A stretch of DNA of 59,375 nt from Candidatus Gottesmanbacteria bacterium (lineage in GTDB: Bacteria; Patescibacteriota; Microgenomatia; UBA10105): assembly GCA_023245415.1 (NCBI GenBank), contig JAHFKJ010000006.1, positions 1 through 59,375 of the forward strand. The letters run 5' to 3'. This document shows, piece after piece, positions 26,773 through 37,022 of this stretch. The notes under the pieces were generated by a model that was not told the origin of the DNA, did no database searches, and was given only the letters and a program-made list of their open reading frames with translations. The translations under genes were made by a program, and so were the position numbers. The stretch's first letter is position 1, and each line of letters starts with the position of its first letter.

Positions 26773-27006
26773 ATGCAGCAAACAGTTTCCAAATCCCAAT
26801 TTAAACCCAAAGTCCTGGAATATTTGCGCTTGGTCGAACTAAATAAAGAACCGTTAATTATTACCCATGATGGTATTCCAGTAGTTCAAGTGCTGCCATA
26901 TAGCCAAGATCCTAAAAAATCTTTGGAGATTTTTCGCGGTACAGTGAAAAAGTATGTATTACCTACGTCGCCTGTTGGCGTAGATGAATGGGAGGTGCTC
27001 AAATGA
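26773..27006 (+). CDS. Phd/YefM antitoxin, TA pair 3
   Basis: VSKSQFKPKVLEYLRLV...IITHDGIPV; upstream TTGACA and TGACCAT..ATGGTTA inverted repeat. Confidence 0.88.
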   Translation: MQQTVSKSQFKPKVLEYLRLVELNKEPLIITHDGIPVVQVLPYSQDPKKSLEIFRGTVKKYVLPTSPVGVDEWEVLK

Positions 27007-27398
27007 TTCTATTGGATACGCATGTGTTGGTGTGGTGGCTTTCTGATCCGGAAAAACTTTCACTCAAAGTGCGAAAATTGCTCAACAGTGCACAAAACGA
27101 AGGCGAGATAGCGATTTCAGCTATATCCATTTGGGAAATCGCGCTGCTTGTGAAAAAGAAACGATTGGAATTAACTATTGATGCCGCAATTTGGATAGAA
27201 AAAGCCATTGCTTTGCCTTTTTTGAAAATCATCCCCATAGATCACCACATAGCATTTAAGTCAGTATACTTACCTGAACCGTTTCATGAAGATCCGGCAG
27301 ATCGGTTGATTGTAGCAACAGCCATGATGCAAAACCTGATGCTGATTACGCGCGACAGCCGCATCAGGGCGTACGGGGTAGTAAAAACAAACTGGTAG
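27003..27398 (+). CDS. PIN-domain (VapC) toxin, TA pair 3
   Basis: ILLDTHVLVW, SIWEI, HEDPADRLIVATA and LITRD. Confidence 0.92.
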   Translation: MILLDTHVLVWWLSDPEKLSLKVRKLLNSAQNEGEIAISAISIWEIALLVKKKRLELTIDAAIWIEKAIALPFLKIIPIDHHIAFKSVYLPEPFHEDPADRLIVATAMMQNLMLITRDSRIRAYGVVKTNW

Positions 27399-27512
27399 TC
27401 GTCGAAAATTCTTTCAAAAGTAATACTTTTGTCAAACAAGTATTACGACTGGTTTTTCAAGATCTCAGACTTCTTTGCTTCTCTTGGCAACGAAACTTAT
27501 AATATTAGACTT

Positions 27513-28670
27513 ATGGTATTTCAAGAGTCTCCTTTATTACGTGACGTTACTGAAATTAAAGAGCCAACTAAATCTGTAGCAGAGACAATTTCCGATCATG
27601 TTTTGAGTCGTGTGCAAGTAAACAATCCTTTCAGAAATAATCCTGATCCTGATAAAGCTTATTTAGCAGAAAATTATTTAAAGAAACTAAATCTCTGGGA
27701 GCGATATCAGCAGGCTACTACTTTACGAGGAAAAGCTGCCTATGAAGACAGATATGTTAGTGGACTTGCTAGTACGGTGTTTTCTGTGGTAGGTCTACAC
27801 CCTATAAAAGTGGAAGAAAAAAAGCGTCGGTATAAAGACTTTTTGGATTTTTTAATCTATAGCGGTTTTCTACCTCAAATAGAAGAAGCCTGGCAAAAAA
27901 AGAAAGAAAAATATGGAATATTGACTCCTCCGCGTCCACCATTTGATATGGAATTTACTGATTGGGTAGAAACGTATTGTAAACCGAATTTTAGGTATGT
28001 CGATGTCTATTCGGCGCCCCAAAGATATCCGGAAATTGTCGACTATATTAATTCTAAGCCCGTAGTTAAAACTGTAGTTGAGTTTGGATGCGGGCCAGGT
28101 GATTTTTTGCTTGATGTAGCTGGTCCACTTGTACACCCAATAGGTATTGAACGCCTATCTTTAGGACAAGCAGTTCACGATGAGATGATGTATCGAAATC
28201 GCTGGATGATAGATGGAACTGAAAAGTGGATAGATATTCATGAAGCGAGAGTTAAGGCAGAAGAACATATCAAAGCGATAATGAGATCTCATATTACAAT
28301 TATTAAAGGAGATGTGCTTAAACAGAACACTATAAGAAAAGTTGACTCGTTAACTGATAAGCTGCATCTTTTTGCGGTGAGTTTAAATGTAATGTATCCA
28401 CATTATGATGTTAGACACATACAACAACTTATTCGAAATATGATGCAGATTGATCCGGAATACATAATTCTAGGAGGGGGAGATCCGAGTTTAGAATTTG
28501 TGCATCCAGTAACTGGGGAACAATTGCCAAGAAAACATTTTTGTATTTTTAACATAAACAAGAATATTGAAGTCTTGCCTTATGGCATGTCTTTGCAGAG
28601 TGGAGACCCGTTTGACAGTTTAGGAAACATTGGTAAAGTTGTTTCGTTGGTTGCTGAGTTAGTAGTTTAA
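27513..28670 (+). CDS. hypothetical protein with class I SAM-methyltransferase-like motif
   Basis: VVEFGCGPGDF motif I, GIE and IIKGDV; the N-terminal half is unrecognised. Confidence 0.5.
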   Translation: MVFQESPLLRDVTEIKEPTKSVAETISDHVLSRVQVNNPFRNNPDPDKAYLAENYLKKLNLWERYQQATTLRGKAAYEDRYVSGLASTVFSVVGLHPIKVEEKKRRYKDFLDFLIYSGFLPQIEEAWQKKKEKYGILTPPRPPFDMEFTDWVETYCKPNFRYVDVYSAPQRYPEIVDYINSKPVVKTVVEFGCGPGDFLLDVAGPLVHPIGIERLSLGQAVHDEMMYRNRWMIDGTEKWIDIHEARVKAEEHIKAIMRSHITIIKGDVLKQNTIRKVDSLTDKLHLFAVSLNVMYPHYDVRHIQQLIRNMMQIDPEYIILGGGDPSLEFVHPVTGEQLPRKHFCIFNINKNIEVLPYGMSLQSGDPFDSLGNIGKVVSLVAELVV

Positions 28671-28694
28671 TGAATAAAAGAACAGTAACTATTC

Positions 28695-28710
28695 TCCGCC
28701 AAAAGGCGGA
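28695..28710. repeat. TCCGCC-N-GGCGGA hairpin (REP-like or terminator) between convergent genes
   Basis: TCCGCCAAAAGGCGGA; relatives at 20619, 32399 and 44008. Confidence 0.65.
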
Positions 28711-28726
28711 TCGAAGAAGAAACAGT

Positions 28727-29197
28727 TTACTCAATTTCTAAAAGTTTCATGAGTTGCGTCGTGGAGGGAGTGTGGATCTTGGGAATAATTATGAGTTTCG
28801 CCCCGACGTCTTTGGCCTGGAGTTGTTTATTTTTCATAAGCGGATCACCTGCTGTGATACATATGACTTGCGGTGAAATGTCTTTAACCAGCTGGAAATA
28901 ATCTGCGTGTTTGGTAAAAGCGGGAAGTAAAATCACATAATCAACAGTTCTTAGAGTTGCCAGAACTTCAGCCCGCTCTGCTTGCTGATGTATCGGACGC
29001 AGGTGGCCTTTGTGTTTGGTTAAAGTCGCGTCGCTTTCGAGCGCTACAAGTACTTTTCCATATTTTTTAGCTTCCCGTAAAAACCGCACGTGCCCCAGAT
29101 GCAGGATATCAAAACAACCGCCTACCAGGACTTTTTTATTGCTACTTAGTTTTGAAATCAGGCGCGGTAAATCGTTGTAGTGAATAACTTTATTCAT
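28727..29197 (-). CDS. cytidylyl/adenylyltransferase family (RfaE/TagD-like)
   Basis: GGCFDILHLGH (HxGH), KGHLRPI, ERAEVL and STT. Confidence 0.85.
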   Translation of the reverse strand: MNKVIHYNDLPRLISKLSSNKKVLVGGCFDILHLGHVRFLREAKKYGKVLVALESDATLTKHKGHLRPIHQQAERAEVLATLRTVDYVILLPAFTKHADYFQLVKDISPQVICITAGDPLMKNKQLQAKDVGAKLIIIPKIHTPSTTQLMKLLEIE

Positions 29198-29267
29198 AAT
29201 AAAGCGTAAAGCGTTTAGGGTATAACATATAGTTATTAGAACACTACTATGCTCTAAACGGTAGACG

Positions 29268-30686
29268 CTAATTTGTCTTCGTGCCTTTTAAAAATACTGC
29301 CTGCCAGGGAACAAAATTGGAAAAGAAAGTGGTTTTGAAAAGTTCCTGATTGTCGCGTTTGACCGAGTAGTCAAATGCAGCTTTGATCCCGGGGTTTGAC
29401 CAATCAACCTGTTTGATAACACCTGCGGGAAGTGTCGGGTCATCCTGATATAAAGACGGCGGAGCCGGTTGATAATCCCACAGTCTTACCGGAGACAGTT
29501 CTTGAGTGCGGCCGTCCTTTTTACCGTACATCTCAAATATTAAATGCGTATTCGCTGTATCGATCACTGCTTGAATTAAAATATGCGTCGGGGTGTCATT
29601 TTTTATTTTTAAATCATATGAGGGCGCATAAACTGTCGCATCAAATCCCGGTTTCCAGCCTCCTTGCTCATAGTAACCGACGCGGTAAGAATGGGCGTGG
29701 CGTTCAACTATCGGCAGTCCTGAATTTAAAGCTGTCCGAAACAGCGTGGTTGAAACCTGGCACACGCCGCCGCCGTCATCCAAAACTGTACGACCGGATT
29801 TGATCACATATGCCTGTTTATAACCAGTTGCTGCTGAGATATCCCCGACAGTAGCATTAAACGAAAATGTTTCACCAGGTAGTATAAGCGCGCCATTTAT
29901 GCGGGATGCAGCCAGGGCGACGTTGTGGATCCGGCCGGGAATAGATCCTTGAAAGAAAGACTGGCCGCGGCCGATAAGTTCTGTGATGCCAAATCCATTT
30001 GCCTGTTCATTGTCGATCGCAGGTTTTTTTGGTTTTACCGGTAATGCAAAAGTAATTTGAGTTGACGATGATTTTTGGCGAATGCCAACATTTAAGGTAT
30101 TGATGAAGTTTTGTTTAATTTCATCAATATCCAGAAATCTGCCGGGCTTTGAAAGTTTAAAAACCGATACCCGGCCATTCGTAAATTCAAACAAAGCATT
30201 TTCCGCTTCTATATCAATGTTTTGGGATAGGTTGTGAAGAGTTTGCATTAATGGTTCCTCGTTCCAGCGGAATAACGGGTCCAGGTTTATTCCAGTTGTT
30301 AAACCCTGATATTTCTGATACGTATCAGTTAATATATTTCGGTTTCTGCCGACACTTAAGGCTTGTGTCGCTGAAAGAGTCGCGTCATATCCAATATCTA
30401 ATTGCCTACCCGAGAGAGTAGCGATCTGATTTTCAAATCTAAACGTAAACTTAAGATCTTTAAACTGTTGATTTTGCTCCAGCCAGATTTGGGTAACCTG
30501 GTCAAATGTGGCTCCGGAAAAAGAAATATGATTGATTGTGATGCCGGGATATACCCGGTTTTCATACTGTTTATGATAGTAATAAATTGTATAAATAAAT
30601 ATGATCACAGCTCCAATCATGATGCCTGCCCAAAATTGCAGTATATGCTTTTGATTTTTTGTGATTCGAAATTTATGTTTGTGCAT
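29268..30686 (-). CDS. VanW family protein with peptidoglycan-binding-like region
   Basis: N-terminal TM; FSFNATVG, GGGVCQVSTTLF, ERHAHS and DATV. Confidence 0.9.
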   Translation of the reverse strand: MHKHKFRITKNQKHILQFWAGIMIGAVIIFIYTIYYYHKQYENRVYPGITINHISFSGATFDQVTQIWLEQNQQFKDLKFTFRFENQIATLSGRQLDIGYDATLSATQALSVGRNRNILTDTYQKYQGLTTGINLDPLFRWNEEPLMQTLHNLSQNIDIEAENALFEFTNGRVSVFKLSKPGRFLDIDEIKQNFINTLNVGIRQKSSSTQITFALPVKPKKPAIDNEQANGFGITELIGRGQSFFQGSIPGRIHNVALAASRINGALILPGETFSFNATVGDISAATGYKQAYVIKSGRTVLDDGGGVCQVSTTLFRTALNSGLPIVERHAHSYRVGYYEQGGWKPGFDATVYAPSYDLKIKNDTPTHILIQAVIDTANTHLIFEMYGKKDGRTQELSPVRLWDYQPAPPSLYQDDPTLPAGVIKQVDWSNPGIKAAFDYSVKRDNQELFKTTFFSNFVPWQAVFLKGTKTN

Positions 30687-30844
30687 AATTGTTAGACAGA
30701 TATGTAAGCCGTTATGTCGTTATTATGACGTATTGACCGTGAAAGCTTCACGTATGATATCATTAAATTCAGATTTTAATAAATTACCAACTGAGCCTTT
30801 CCTCTTGTCAAGGTTAAAAGAGAAGCGTATTATAAAAAATACTC

Positions 30845-32398
30845 ATGGACAATCTGCCAAAAAATCCTAACGATATATCCAACTTTGCCGGAAATTATCC
30901 TGATCCGTCTGTGGTACAACCTCAGGTTCCACCTCAACCATCGCAAGGAGCACCAATTCCGGAACAGCCTATGCCTCAAGCATTCCCGGAAATTCCAGTT
31001 CCGGTGCAAGATGTAAACGCCAATGTTTATCAGCAGCAAGTGGCGCCGGCAGAGAATCCTTTCGTGGTACAGGTAGATCAGCAACCTGGAGGAACCGGTG
31101 GCGGCGGGGCAAAGAGAATACTCGGAGTACTCATTCTACTTATAGTGCTTGCAGGTGCAGGTTTTTTTGCTTTTAAATATTTAGGCAAATTTTTCACAGG
31201 CCTTAAATCCACGACTATAACATATTGGGGTTTATGGGAAAACGACGAAGTATTTAAAAGCTTAATCGCCGAATACAAAAAAAACCATCCCAAAATTGAC
31301 ATCGTTTACAGCAAGCAAAGCCCTAAACAATATCGCGAACGGTTGCAGGCGGCTATAAAACGCGGTGATGGTCCGGATATTTTCAGATTTCATAATACCT
31401 GGGTACCGATGCTCAAGGAGGAGCTTACGCCGGCCGGTAAAACCGGATACAGTGTAGCCGACTTTCAGCAAATATTTTATCCGGTTGCCAATAAGGATTT
31501 GGTAGTAGGTGGAAAAGTGTATGGAGTTCCCTTGATGTTTGATGGCTTGGCACTTTATTACAATGAAGATTTATTGCGTGCGGCAGGGGTAACACCGCCG
31601 ACATCTTGGGAAGCTTTCAGAACTGCCGCTCTCACGCTGACGGTTAAGGATCAGACAGGAAAAATTGTGACAGCGGGAGCAGCTTTGGGGAGCACCGGCA
31701 ACATTGAACATTTTAGCGATATATTGGGAGTGATGATGCTGCAAAATGGGGCAGATCTGAAAAATCCTGTTGGCAAGGAAGCTCAAGATGCACTATCTTT
31801 TTATCACCTGTTTGCCGAAAAACCCAATAATACCTGGGATGAGACACTTGACAATTCGATACTATCATTTGCCAACGGCAAAGTCGCGTTTATATTTGCG
31901 CCTTCCTGGCAGGTCTTCAATATTCGTGAAATTAATCCCAATCTTAAATTTCAAATTATTCCGATTCCACAGCTTCCTGGGACCAACGTGTCCTGGGCTT
32001 CTTATTGGGTAGAAGGCGTATCGAGTAAAAGTAAATTTGAAGATGAATCGTGGGAATTTTTAAAATTTATTTCCAGTAAAGAGTCAATGATTTCTTTGTA
32101 TACTGAAATAACGAAACTAAAGGAACGGCCTTTTGGCGAACCGTATTCCCGAATTGATCTGGCGCAAACCGTGATTAACGATCCGCTGGTTGGGGCATAT
32201 ATCCGTCAGGCACCGGCTGCCGATACATTTTATCTGGCCAGCAGAACTTTTGATAATGGAATTAATGATCACATGATTAAATATCTGGAAGACGGGGTAA
32301 ACAGCCTCGGTAAAGGAGTTTCTATTCAAGGAGCGCTGGAGACTGCGGCCAAGGGTTTTCAACAGGTGTTATCGCAATACGGTGCCACCGCAAAATGA
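30845..32398 (+). CDS. extracellular solute-binding protein (sugar-type) with Pro/Gln-rich N-tail and TM
   Basis: ITYWGLWE, GPDIF, YGVPLMFDGLALYYN, PPTSWE and ASYW. Confidence 0.85.
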   Translation: MDNLPKNPNDISNFAGNYPDPSVVQPQVPPQPSQGAPIPEQPMPQAFPEIPVPVQDVNANVYQQQVAPAENPFVVQVDQQPGGTGGGGAKRILGVLILLIVLAGAGFFAFKYLGKFFTGLKSTTITYWGLWENDEVFKSLIAEYKKNHPKIDIVYSKQSPKQYRERLQAAIKRGDGPDIFRFHNTWVPMLKEELTPAGKTGYSVADFQQIFYPVANKDLVVGGKVYGVPLMFDGLALYYNEDLLRAAGVTPPTSWEAFRTAALTLTVKDQTGKIVTAGAALGSTGNIEHFSDILGVMMLQNGADLKNPVGKEAQDALSFYHLFAEKPNNTWDETLDNSILSFANGKVAFIFAPSWQVFNIREINPNLKFQIIPIPQLPGTNVSWASYWVEGVSSKSKFEDESWEFLKFISSKESMISLYTEITKLKERPFGEPYSRIDLAQTVINDPLVGAYIRQAPAADTFYLASRTFDNGINDHMIKYLEDGVNSLGKGVSIQGALETAAKGFQQVLSQYGATAK

Positions 32399-32474
32399 TC
32401 CGCCTTAAGAGGCAGAGTGGGAGAAAGATCTTCAATCCAAAGCCTATTTATAATCTGCCGATTTAAATTTTGTC

Positions 32475-33335
32475 ATGTTGAAGCTGCGACAGGCAATTCT
32501 TGCCACCTTGGTATACGCTGACATTTTCCATTACCCATTAACCGAAGATGAAATCTGGCGGTATTTAATCGGTGCTAAATCCACGCTTGCAAATTTTCGC
32601 AAAAATCTGAATTTACTCATTAAACAAAAAAAACTGACAAATTCTTCCGGCTTTTATACGTTTTTCAATCGGAAAAAATTTATCTTCCTGCGCATAAAAC
32701 GCAAGCCGATTGCGGTCACAAAGCTTAAGATCGCTCAAACATATGCGCGCTGGCTGGGTAAAATTCCGACCGTTCGGCTGATAGGTATATCGGGGGCTCT
32801 GGCGATGGAAAATGTCCCCAAGGAAGATGATATCGATTTTTTTATCATTACTGCTCCCCATTGCATTTGGATCACGCGCCTGGTTATCACGGTGATTTCA
32901 GATGTGTTCAACATTAGACGCAGGCCCGGTGACAGCCAGTTTGCAGATAAGCTGTGTTTAAATATGTTTATTGACGGGAAATATCTGGAATTTCCCGACT
33001 CTGAAAAAGATGTGTATACAGCCCATGAAATCGTGCAGTTAAAAATAATTATCAATAAACATCAGACGTATGAACGGTTTCTGCTTGCCAACCGGTGGCT
33101 GGAAAAATTCCTGCCTCAGGCTGTGGTGTTTTCCAAAGACGTAGAACAATTGAAAAGTGTTTGGAACATTTTTGTAATCCCGATTGAACTGCTCGTGAAG
33201 CAATTGCAGTTAATCTATATGAAACGCAAGCGCACGACAGAAACTATCCGTCCGGCAATGCTTAAATTTCATCCGCAGGACGTACGAAGTCGGGTAATGA
33301 AGGAGTTTGAGAAGAGGATAAAAGTGCTGCGCTAA
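32475..33335 (+). CDS. hypothetical protein with nucleotidyltransferase-like motif
   Basis: ISGALAMEN...DDIDFFII, KLCLN and YTAHE. Confidence 0.6.
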   Translation: MLKLRQAILATLVYADIFHYPLTEDEIWRYLIGAKSTLANFRKNLNLLIKQKKLTNSSGFYTFFNRKKFIFLRIKRKPIAVTKLKIAQTYARWLGKIPTVRLIGISGALAMENVPKEDDIDFFIITAPHCIWITRLVITVISDVFNIRRRPGDSQFADKLCLNMFIDGKYLEFPDSEKDVYTAHEIVQLKIIINKHQTYERFLLANRWLEKFLPQAVVFSKDVEQLKSVWNIFVIPIELLVKQLQLIYMKRKRTTETIRPAMLKFHPQDVRSRVMKEFEKRIKVLR

Positions 33336-33339
33336 GAGT

Positions 33340-33765
33340 TTAATCTGTTAATTTGACAATCTCGACTTCTTTGACGTGCTTAAATTCAGGATCGCCAGTT
33401 AGTATTGGACATTTGTTTTGTATTGCTGTTTCAACCACAAACGCATCTGTATACGAAATAGCATATCTGCCTTTCCAGGCGGCTGCATGTAGTATAAATT
33501 GACGATCAACCGGTACGTACACAAGCGGTAGTTGGTATGTTTGTGCTAACAGTGCTTGTGCATCCTGCTGTCCCTGATTTTTCCAGACCCGATAATATAG
33601 TTCTCCTAAACTTATTTCATTAAAAAAAATTTTCAGCGAATTAGATTCGGCCTGTTTTAAGTGATTTTGAACAATTTTATATCCGGATTGGTTGTAGTAA
33701 AAAGTGAGCAGTGCGTGAGTATCGAAAACGAGCAATTTTTTATTGACCGCGGGCGATTTCGGCAT
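33340..33765 (-). CDS. PIN-domain (VapC) toxin, TA pair 4
   Basis: VFDTHALL, ISLGELYY, ISYTDAF and LTGDPEF. Confidence 0.9.
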   Translation of the reverse strand: MPKSPAVNKKLLVFDTHALLTFYYNQSGYKIVQNHLKQAESNSLKIFFNEISLGELYYRVWKNQGQQDAQALLAQTYQLPLVYVPVDRQFILHAAAWKGRYAISYTDAFVVETAIQNKCPILTGDPEFKHVKEVEIVKLTD

Positions 33766-34000
33766 ATTTATCCTGGAGCATTTTTTTAAATATAACCCGT
33801 TTATTTTTTACGTGCTTAAACAAATTTACCGCTTCTTCAATTGGGTCATTTGAAATAGGCTTAAGTTTTACCGTGAGATCTTTTGTATCTATAGAGAGAA
33901 AAACTTTTGCACCCGGCTTCATCTTCAACGCGTCACGCATTGCTTTTGGTATGACCAGCTGGCCTTTGGTAGATAATGTTTGAATCACCGGAAGCAGCAT
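33740..34000 (-). CDS. AbrB/MazE-type antitoxin, TA pair 4
   Basis: LSTKGQLVIPKAMRDALKMKPG; upstream CTTAC...GTAAG inverted repeat. Confidence 0.88.
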   Translation of the reverse strand: MLLPVIQTLSTKGQLVIPKAMRDALKMKPGAKVFLSIDTKDLTVKLKPISNDPIEEAVNLFKHVKNKRVIFKKMLQDKYAEIARGQ

Positions 34001-34062
34001 ATGTCTAATCTTACCATACTTTAAAAAGTAAGTCAATCTATATTACCGTCTTACTAGGAAAA

Positions 34063-36360
34063 TTAATGTACTACAGGTTGCACCCCAACAAACTTGAATT
34101 CAAAAGTTCTATTTTCAGGTCTGGCAGAAACCTGGAATAAATAGATAATTTCTGGTTGATCACTGCGCGAAGCCATAAAAACTACCGGATCGATAGCAAT
34201 ATCACCCGGGATAGGCAATCCGGTGACCTCATTGTCCAGTCGCATGACTTGAGTATGGACATCATCAGGAGTTTGGAGGTTAAAGTAAGTGACTCCATTT
34301 TGATCATATCCTGGTCGGATAATCAATGGCGTAACAAAATTAACGATTCCGTTGGTTGAGACCGGCGAACGTACGCTTAATATTAGTACTGTGCCTAATG
34401 CTGTTTGATCTAAATCTTTCCATGGAGGAGCTTCCTGTTTTCCGCCCTTACATCTTTCATAGCAGGCATTCCAGGTGCCTGTGTAAGCACTTACCATATC
34501 AGCCTCATGAATTATCACTTTTCCGATGTTTCCATGAACCAGTTCTGCTAGAAGCCTATCATATTTATAATTATCCGGAATCAGGTGCCCGTCAAGGAGT
34601 CGTTGATTTATCTGTGCAACTTCACTGTCAGTAAGTACCTGACGATTTGGATCTTGGAAATCCAGATTAAATTCTGTTCCTGATACCGGATTACTCCAGA
34701 CCAAAGCATGCCCCATGACATTTTCGTCTATAAGCGTAGCCAGTTGATAAAGTGATACGGCATCTCCAACGACCTGTAGACCAAATTTAACCAAAGATCT
34801 TACCGGTCCGAGACTGTTCCAGATTTCGATCAATTTTGCATACTCAGCTTCAGTTAAAACTCCGGCAAACTTGCGTGCGGATGAAATATCTTTTACTTCT
34901 TGCAGCAGTGATTTTGAAGTGATGACTTCATCACTAAGAGCGCCTTTAGCCATAATTTGCAAAAGTCCGAGATCGTTTTTCATATCAGCTGCAGTTCTTA
35001 CAACAACAAGACCCGAAAATTTTCCGGTGTTTACCTCGGGAATAAGTTCTACGATAACGCCACCCTTGCTAATAAAATCAGCAAGCCCTTCGCTCTTCGT
35101 ATACAAAGCCATTCTTAAAGCGGTTAAGTCGGTATAATTGTCGGCTGTCAACACCAGCACCCTTCCGGATTGAGGCAGATGAAGCAATGAATAGTCTATA
35201 CCTCCGACGACTTGAGTGGCTTCTTCTAGACTGAGGGGACTGTTTGTTAAATCCACGCTAGATTTAAAAACTGTTCCCTGTTCTTGGGTTAAATCTCCAA
35301 GTAATTGTGCTGATGTAAAACGACGTGAGCCATTTAATATGTTAATTTTTGGCGCTTGACCTTGGGCGATGGCTTCAAATACCGGATGCGGCTGATTGTT
35401 AAAATCGAAAAAATCTTTAAGCAGTTTAAACTGCGGATTGTTAATATCATAAATATTGCCTAATTCATCTACGACACCTAGTTCCATCAATGTTTCATCT
35501 GCATGTCCATATACACCATAAGCCACAAAATGATTTCCGCCGTTTTGATATGCGTTGATTTCAGCTTGAACCTGAGCTCCTATACGCGCCCACGTAGACG
35601 GATCGCCGGTATTTCCTAAGTCAATCATCCGCTTTACTTCTTCTATGGTGGTTTGGCTGACACCATGATGTTCAAGTGAAGTAAGACCTTCGGGAGATGA
35701 AAGTGCCTGTTTAACCGCCGCGGCAAATCCACAACCTGTAGTGATATTGCATTCGGTTTGGTGGGGGATGAAAGCGCTAAACTTCGCTCCTTCCGGAAAA
35801 AGCGCCGGTTGTGCACCAACTCGATTAACTTGCTGTGTGATACCCCAGACATCTTCACTGCTTTCGACAATTGTTGGAAAAATATCTGCCAGACAAAAGC
35901 GTGAATCAGAACAACCGCTGACATAAATCACCGTACCATCTTTCATAGCTTGATTTCTCACCGCAATAAATCCGCTTCTTACTATCTGATCATTCTGAGT
36001 AAATGCGGCGTATAAAATATCCCGTTGAGCCGGGTCGGTGACAGAATCAAGTCGGGCGACAGCATTGTGGTTTAATCGTGTCAGAACAGAAAATAAACTG
36101 AGTTCTTCAGGTACTGCGGATATAATTTTTTCTGGAGGAGCGGTAACACTTGGTTGATTTGGAGCTGAGTCACACGCTTCTAATAATCTAGCAGCCTGTA
36201 CGGCATAACCTAGAGATGGTTTAATTTCACCGGTAGTCATTAGTTCCAGCGCTGCACGGGCTAGCGCATATGGAAGTGACACTGCTTTGCCAGTTTCGTC
36301 AGCTAATTTAAGAAATTCTCTTCTAGTCAATATCTTATTTGTCAAATTCTCACCTGACAT
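34063..36360 (-). CDS. large, possibly exported protein with beta-carbonic-anhydrase-like domains
   Basis: TRREFLK at the N-terminus and lipobox-like LLEAC. GCSDSR...RVG...HQTECNITTGCG, then a second GQAPK-type degenerate unit. Confidence 0.55.
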   Translation of the reverse strand: MSGENLTNKILTRREFLKLADETGKAVSLPYALARAALELMTTGEIKPSLGYAVQAARLLEACDSAPNQPSVTAPPEKIISAVPEELSLFSVLTRLNHNAVARLDSVTDPAQRDILYAAFTQNDQIVRSGFIAVRNQAMKDGTVIYVSGCSDSRFCLADIFPTIVESSEDVWGITQQVNRVGAQPALFPEGAKFSAFIPHQTECNITTGCGFAAAVKQALSSPEGLTSLEHHGVSQTTIEEVKRMIDLGNTGDPSTWARIGAQVQAEINAYQNGGNHFVAYGVYGHADETLMELGVVDELGNIYDINNPQFKLLKDFFDFNNQPHPVFEAIAQGQAPKINILNGSRRFTSAQLLGDLTQEQGTVFKSSVDLTNSPLSLEEATQVVGGIDYSLLHLPQSGRVLVLTADNYTDLTALRMALYTKSEGLADFISKGGVIVELIPEVNTGKFSGLVVVRTAADMKNDLGLLQIMAKGALSDEVITSKSLLQEVKDISSARKFAGVLTEAEYAKLIEIWNSLGPVRSLVKFGLQVVGDAVSLYQLATLIDENVMGHALVWSNPVSGTEFNLDFQDPNRQVLTDSEVAQINQRLLDGHLIPDNYKYDRLLAELVHGNIGKVIIHEADMVSAYTGTWNACYERCKGGKQEAPPWKDLDQTALGTVLILSVRSPVSTNGIVNFVTPLIIRPGYDQNGVTYFNLQTPDDVHTQVMRLDNEVTGLPIPGDIAIDPVVFMASRSDQPEIIYLFQVSARPENRTFEFKFVGVQPVVH

Positions 36361-36499
36361 ATTTATTCAACTTAAAAAAAAATCCCCTCTATGAAATGGG
36401 ATGGGCTTATAGTAACATAACTGGATTAAAAAATCCATGGCTTTATGTTTAAAGCAGATTTATTTATAATCTATCGAAATATTTTTAAGAATTAAATTT

Positions 36500-36940
36500 A
36501 TGAGGATTTCAGAAGTATTAACGAATTTAGGAATTAAAGTTCATCCGGAGCATATTCATCCGGTGGGAGTCGATCCGGCGAAGGCATATATTGGCGGTTC
36601 GGGAATGGGCGGTGATAATGATGGCAGCTGCGTCAATGTAGTAGTGCGTGATACATCAGGTGGTATCGTGTTAAATATTCATCATCAGGTAGCTCAGGCT
36701 AATGCGCATCTGGAAATTGTCTCGACATCAAATGGAAGAGTTTTAGATGGGACGTTTACCATTAATGATGGGTTCGTCCATTTCGGACCTGATGGTCGCG
36801 TGACTGACGCACAAAGAATTGAGGCGCATGATCCGTTAAATATACCTGGTGTAGTAGCGGTTATGGTTTTGGATAATAGTTTTACCGGACCTAGATTAGA
36901 GCAGGCACTTAGTGATGCATTGCTGTCAGAGCCGTGCTAA
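36500..36940 (+). CDS. hypothetical protein
   Basis: 146-aa ORF with ATG start, divergent from the 765-aa gene; no motif recognised. Confidence 0.55.
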   Translation: MRISEVLTNLGIKVHPEHIHPVGVDPAKAYIGGSGMGGDNDGSCVNVVVRDTSGGIVLNIHHQVAQANAHLEIVSTSNGRVLDGTFTINDGFVHFGPDGRVTDAQRIEAHDPLNIPGVVAVMVLDNSFTGPRLEQALSDALLSEPC

Positions 36941-37022
36941 ATTTTTCGTTTAACTTCTTTTAAATATCTGCTAGAATCAATTTTTACGCCGCATTTCAAA
37001 TTTAGATAGAAAGGATTTTTGT

